Assembly (NCBI GenBank): GCA_964626705.1
Contig: CAZVGL010000004.1
Location: 1-62,505, forward strand
Length of the DNA stretch: 62,505 nt
Reading direction: 5' to 3'
DNA from: an uncultured Candidatus Saccharibacteria bacterium
GTDB lineage: Bacteria > Patescibacteriota > Minisyncoccia > Phycocordibacterales > UBA2163
Shown here: positions 56,656 through 62,505 of the stretch, piece after piece
How the letters are laid out: the number at the start of each line of letters is the position of its first letter
Numbering within the stretch: the first letter of the stretch is position 1
The notes under the pieces: model-generated
What the model was told of the DNA's origin: nothing
The model's database searches: none
What the model saw: the letters and a program-made list of their open reading frames with translations, nothing else
Translations under genes and position numbers: made by a program

Positions 56656-57291
56656 ATGAAGATCTTAGGAAAACTCTTTGGAAGCCCTGCAATGGTCAAA
56701 CTCCTACGGCTTTTTATTTTTAATCCTGAACATTCGTTTACTAATAAAGAAACTGCAGATCGTGCAAAGATCACGGTGGATACTCTGCGTTTAGAGCTTT
56801 CTATTATGAAGCAAATGGGTTTTGTAAAGAAGAAATACGCATACAGGCAGACAACTACTGGAAAGGGAAAGAAAAAGAAAGTGAAAAAGAAAAAAGTGCC
56901 TGCTTGGACATTAAATGAAAAATTCCCATATATCGAATCACTAAGAAGTTTCTTATTAGAAGCTACTCCTGTAAAAAATAAAGATATACCGAAACGCTTA
57001 AGTACAGCAGGTGTTATAAAGATGATAGTAATTTCTGGTGTTTTAATACAGAACTGGGATAGTAGGATAGATATACTCATAGTAGGGAATGGTATAAGGA
57101 AATCACAGTTAGAAACAGCGATAAAGTCTATTGAGTCAGAGATAGGAAGAGAGCTTAGATACGCTGTTTTCGAGACACAGGAGTTTAGATATAGAATGGG
57201 AATATATGACAGACTTATCCGTGATGTGTTTGATTATCCTCATGAGGTGATCTTGGACAAGATTGGGATAGAACAAAATCCAACAAGCTAA
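56656..57291 (+). CDS. Conserved CPR protein: winged HTH + nucleotidyltransferase-like domain
   Basis: LFGS...VKLLRLF N-terminus; RIDILIVG, IESEIGRELRYAVF. Confidence 0.7.
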   Translation: MKILGKLFGSPAMVKLLRLFIFNPEHSFTNKETADRAKITVDTLRLELSIMKQMGFVKKKYAYRQTTTGKGKKKKVKKKKVPAWTLNEKFPYIESLRSFLLEATPVKNKDIPKRLSTAGVIKMIVISGVLIQNWDSRIDILIVGNGIRKSQLETAIKSIESEIGRELRYAVFETQEFRYRMGIYDRLIRDVFDYPHEVILDKIGIEQNPTS

Positions 57292-57518
57292 ATGAAAAAC
57301 ACCGTCACTCGAAAATGACGGTGTTTTGTTATCCACACTTAAAATAAAAATTTCATAATTAATAGTGATAGAATATATATAAGTGTATGTCTTTCATGCA
57401 CACTTTCTTAAAGGTCGCTTGTTTTGTGTAAAAAAGCGCAGAACAAAATTTTAGTAGTGTTAAATGCCTAGGCAATCCTATTTGTTCTTTCGGGAATGAG
57501 TGGGGCAAAATTAAAAGC

Positions 57519-58205
57519 ATGTTAATACAAACATGGAGCGAAGTTTTAACAGGTTCATTTCAAGATTTATGGCTTGGAGTTGTTGATTTCGTACCAAATC
57601 TTATAATAGCGCTTATAATCTTCATCATAGGATGGATAATAGGTGCAGTGCTTGGACGAGTAGTTGATCAAGTTATACGTTCTCTAAAGGTAGACAATGC
57701 CCTAAGAGGAGCAGGACTTGATGATGCTTTCGGACGAGCAGGTTTTGACATTAATTCAGGCCGATTTTTAGGAGGCTTGGTTAAATGGTTCGTTATAATA
57801 GTATTCCTTGTAGCATCTCTTGATGTTCTTGGTCTTACACAGGTTAATACATTCCTACAGGAAGTTGTATTGCTTTACCTACCACAGGTAATCGTAGCAG
57901 TACTTATCCTTCTTGTTGCAGCAGTTATTGCTGAAGTAATGCAACGACTTGTTATCGGTGGAGCAAAAGCTGCTCATATGAAGTCCTTTAACTTCCTTGG
58001 AAGTGTAACAAAATGGGCTATCTGGATTTTCGCAATCCTCGCAGCATTGTTCCAACTTGGTGTAGCAGCAGCATTCGTACAAACACTTTTCACAGGTGTT
58101 ATCGTAGCGCTTGCTCTAGCTTTCGGACTATCATTTGGTCTTGGAGGACAAGATGCAGCATCAAAGTACATCGAGAAGCTAAAGGGAGATATTACAGACA
58201 AGTAA
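57519..58205 (+). CDS. MscS-related TM-helix membrane protein (CmpX-like)
   Basis: Repeated P.LI.A..I..IGW / LPQVIVAVLIL; AFGLSFGLGG. Confidence 0.8.
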   Translation: MLIQTWSEVLTGSFQDLWLGVVDFVPNLIIALIIFIIGWIIGAVLGRVVDQVIRSLKVDNALRGAGLDDAFGRAGFDINSGRFLGGLVKWFVIIVFLVASLDVLGLTQVNTFLQEVVLLYLPQVIVAVLILLVAAVIAEVMQRLVIGGAKAAHMKSFNFLGSVTKWAIWIFAILAALFQLGVAAAFVQTLFTGVIVALALAFGLSFGLGGQDAASKYIEKLKGDITDK

Positions 58206-58236
58206 GTATTTGATCGGACGGAAATAATATACTTTA

Positions 58237-58269
58237 AAACCACCCGCAGGCTCCGCCTGCGGGTGGTTT
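58237..58269 (+). terminator. Intrinsic terminator
   Basis: AAACCACCCGCAGGC-TCC-GCCTGCGGGTGGTTT. Confidence 0.75.
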
Positions 58270-58292
58270 GTTGTTGCGAAAGAGGGTCTAAT

Positions 58293-58349
58293 GCGGGAAA
58301 AGGTCGTTCCTTGAGGAGGAGCTTTGCGACAGGAAAGGTGCGACCTTGG
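58293..58349 (-). repeat. Family B repeat
   Basis: GCGGGAAAAGGTC...AGGTGCGACCTTGG. Confidence 0.7.
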
Positions 58350-58396
58350 TATGTAAAAAAATTGCAGAGCTTTATTGACGGTGATATTATTTAATT

Positions 58397-58999
58397 ATGA
58401 ACACTATCAAAGAATGTTTCAAAATAATTTTGCATGGCAATAAGAGTGATAGTCGTATAGCTGCCCGTAGGGTAAGGAAATTATTGTACGGTTCACGAAG
58501 CACTAAAGATAGTTTCAGAGATATTAAAGATATTATTAACAGTGCGAGAAGCGAATACACCAGAATCTCTGAAGAATGGCGACAAGAAAATTTTATCTCA
58601 GCACTTTCAGTTATTTATTACTTACATGATAGAGAAGAGCAACCCGACTTTCTTTTCTCTTGGTTATTTCAATTGCTCCAGCATACTAACGGTATTATTC
58701 GTTATGCATCTGTAAAAATGCTTTCTCATGAAATCGGACCACTCACTGTTCATATTCGATGTCCAAAAGATAAACTCTTTCTCGGAGATAAGTTAAAGCC
58801 AGAACAGGCTGATCATATTTTGCGAGCTATTTATATAAATTTAAATGAACTACTACCTATTTTTTGGCATCCGAAGTTTAAAAAATATAAATATATTGAT
58901 GCTTTACCAGCAAGTCCGTATAAGTCTGTGCAGATGGTCTTGGCTGAATTAGAAGATTCTTGTGGGAAAGAGTATATAAATCGTCTTATGGGACATTAG
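58397..58999 (+). CDS. Hypothetical all-helical protein
   Basis: 200-aa ORF between two family B repeats; no family recognised. Confidence 0.65.
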   Translation: MNTIKECFKIILHGNKSDSRIAARRVRKLLYGSRSTKDSFRDIKDIINSARSEYTRISEEWRQENFISALSVIYYLHDREEQPDFLFSWLFQLLQHTNGIIRYASVKMLSHEIGPLTVHIRCPKDKLFLGDKLKPEQADHILRAIYINLNELLPIFWHPKFKKYKYIDALPASPYKSVQMVLAELEDSCGKEYINRLMGH

Positions 59000-59050
59000 A
59001 AATAAAGAGTATTTAGCCAAAACCTACCTCAATTTTGATGGAATGGTGTT

Positions 59051-59112
59051 GCGGAAGAAGGTCTGCACCTCGAAGAGCCCCGCAGGGCGGGGAGAGGTCA
59101 GTCCTTGGGGGG
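59051..59112 (-). repeat. Family B repeat
   Basis: GCGGAAGAAGGTC (identical to the end of the ileS copy)...AGGTCAGTCCTTGGGGGGC. Confidence 0.75.
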
Positions 59113-59153
59113 CAACAGTTAAATTACAGCTTAAAATAGTCACATTTTTGCTA

Positions 59154-59181
59154 TTGACAAACTACCTCAAAATGCTATACT
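59154..59181 (+). promoter_or_regulatory. sigma70 promoter with extended -10
   Basis: TTGACA-16 nt-TATACT with TGc before the -10. Confidence 0.6.
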
Positions 59182-59268
59182 GTTGGGAGTAAAAGTAGTA
59201 TATTCACAAATCTATAGTTAAATAAATTTTTGTTTTAGTTAAACTTTTTTTAAAATAAGGAGGAAGTC

Positions 59269-59532
59269 ATGCATAAAATATCGTGTCGTGATGAAAGGTG
59301 TTCTGGATGTTATGATTCTATATTGTCTGGTCCAGACAGTGGAGTAGATGCATCTGATGAGAATATTGCTCGACTAGAAGAATTAGAAGGGCGATACGAT
59401 GATCCTAGGGAGGAAGAATGGTGTAGGGATGATAATGACGATAACGATTATGATGACTGTGCTTCAGCGTGGGGTGCAATAATGTGCGAAGAGCATAAAA
59501 CATGCAAAACCTGCCCATTAGATCTCAAATAA
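59269..59532 (+). CDS. Small acidic Cys-rich protein
   Basis: SD AAGGAGG; C..C..C at the N-terminus, C.....C...CKTC at the C-terminus. Confidence 0.6.
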   Translation: MHKISCRDERCSGCYDSILSGPDSGVDASDENIARLEELEGRYDDPREEEWCRDDNDDNDYDDCASAWGAIMCEEHKTCKTCPLDLK

Positions 59533-59607
59533 AAATAGCATGTTTACAAAGCTGTAATTAAGTAAGCTTTTGTTTGTTTAAACTTTTTTTGAAAAGGGGA
59601 ATTTAAT

Positions 59608-59787
59608 ATGTTTAGTGATAAAGAAATTAATGATTATGTTGTCAACTTTAAGAGGAATGAGAATATTGAATTATCAAAAGAAGATGCAATTAGTTGTTTA
59701 GTGCAAAAAGCATCTGAAGAAAATCAGAAATGGATGGAGAAACAGTTTACTGAAGATCGAAAATATAGACCGTATCATGTTTCGTAA
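59608..59787 (+). CDS. 59-aa hypothetical protein (absent from the ORF track)
   Basis: MFSDKEINDYVVNF...; SD-like AAGGGG; leader resembles that of 59269. Confidence 0.5.
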   Translation: MFSDKEINDYVVNFKRNENIELSKEDAISCLVQKASEENQKWMEKQFTEDRKYRPYHVS

Positions 59788-59930
59788 GAACAGATCGTCT
59801 AATTTAATAGCCAGACTACAACATTATTGTTGAGGTTTGGCTTTTTTGGTGTAAATTTCTTTAGAAATGATTAACTAAGCTGTTGAGGTATTCAGGAAAA
59901 TCTAGTTTTCGGATAGTTGGTAACTTAATA

Positions 59931-59985
59931 CTCCTCAAGGACCCACCTCCGTCCGCTTCGCTCCCCGAGGAAAGACCTTTTCCCG
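59931..59985 (+). repeat. Family B repeat
   Basis: CTCCTCAAGGACCCACCTCCGTCCGCTTCGCTCCCCGAGGAAAGACCTTTTCCCG. Confidence 0.85.
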
Positions 59986-60011
59986 TATTAAGCACTTTCC
60001 CTGCTTAATAT

Positions 60012-60039
60012 TTGACTTATTTTCTATACCGAGTATACT
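60012..60039 (+). promoter_or_regulatory. Putative rRNA promoter for the stand-alone 23S gene
   Basis: TTGACT-16 nt-TATACT about 350 nt upstream of 23S; multi-hairpin leader follows. Confidence 0.6.
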
Positions 60040-60389
60040 AGTCTCTACGTGTTAAGAAAGAAAGTTAACCAAATATCAAGGCGGGGGAGGTAACCAATAT
60101 CTTTTTATTGTGTTATTTTACCGCTAAGTTGAGCGGTTTTTTTAACTTTAATACGAGACCTTTGATAATTAAATAAGTCTGCATATCTGATTAGAGAACC
60201 AGATGTGTAGACCGAGCAAGCGTCCCGTCAAATTTTTCTTTTGGAAAAATTTGACGGGACAAGACAAAACGCTCACTAATTAGTATGTTAGTGAGACGAA
60301 CACAAGAAAATACTATTTTCTGAATGTATTCTAGACAGTACATTCAGAAAGCTCCGCCTTTGGCGGAGCAAGCGGTTTTTAGATTTCCT

Positions 60390-62505
<2,116 letters not shown>

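Noticed and set aside
1-60000. Alternative genetic code (UGA readthrough as in Gracilibacteria)
   Set aside because: Core genes translate full-length in code 11 and TGA serves as a stop (e.g. 1779, 7205).

Overview
This window looks like core chromosome of a Candidate Phyla Radiation (Patescibacteria, probably Parcubacteria) bacterium using the standard genetic code. The assignment is inferred from gene content and style: pilMNO without pilQ, a class-I tRNA ligase with an inserted domain, AT-rich leaders without Shine-Dalgarno (SD) sites, and a 23S gene unlinked from 16S. Housekeeping content: six tRNAs, secE-nusG-rplK, argS-ileS, glyQS, metG, rpsF-ssb-rpsR, efp, recA, ftsK, rplJ-rplL and a partial 23S rRNA. 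Most interesting items: (1) a tight four-gene operon (ParB/Srx-fold protein, tandem cytidine deaminase, MtrA-like/DUF4346/thymidylate-synthase fusion, HAD phosphatase), divergent from dUTPase and sitting where rplA normally follows rplK; (2) a large serine recombinase between perfect 142-bp inverted repeats that include the 3' end of tRNA-Arg(GCG); (3) a REP-associated tyrosine transposase (RAYT) with two families of dispersed palindromic repeats, one copy inserted in frame in ileS; (4) a NirK-like cupredoxin that has lost five of the six copper ligands visible in its first domain, next to a two-component module; (5) a structured ~190-nt insert duplicating the 3' end of tRNA-Ser; (6) a large secreted phospholipase-C/P1-nuclease-like multidomain protein. 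All family calls come from motif recognition by eye; no database searches were run.
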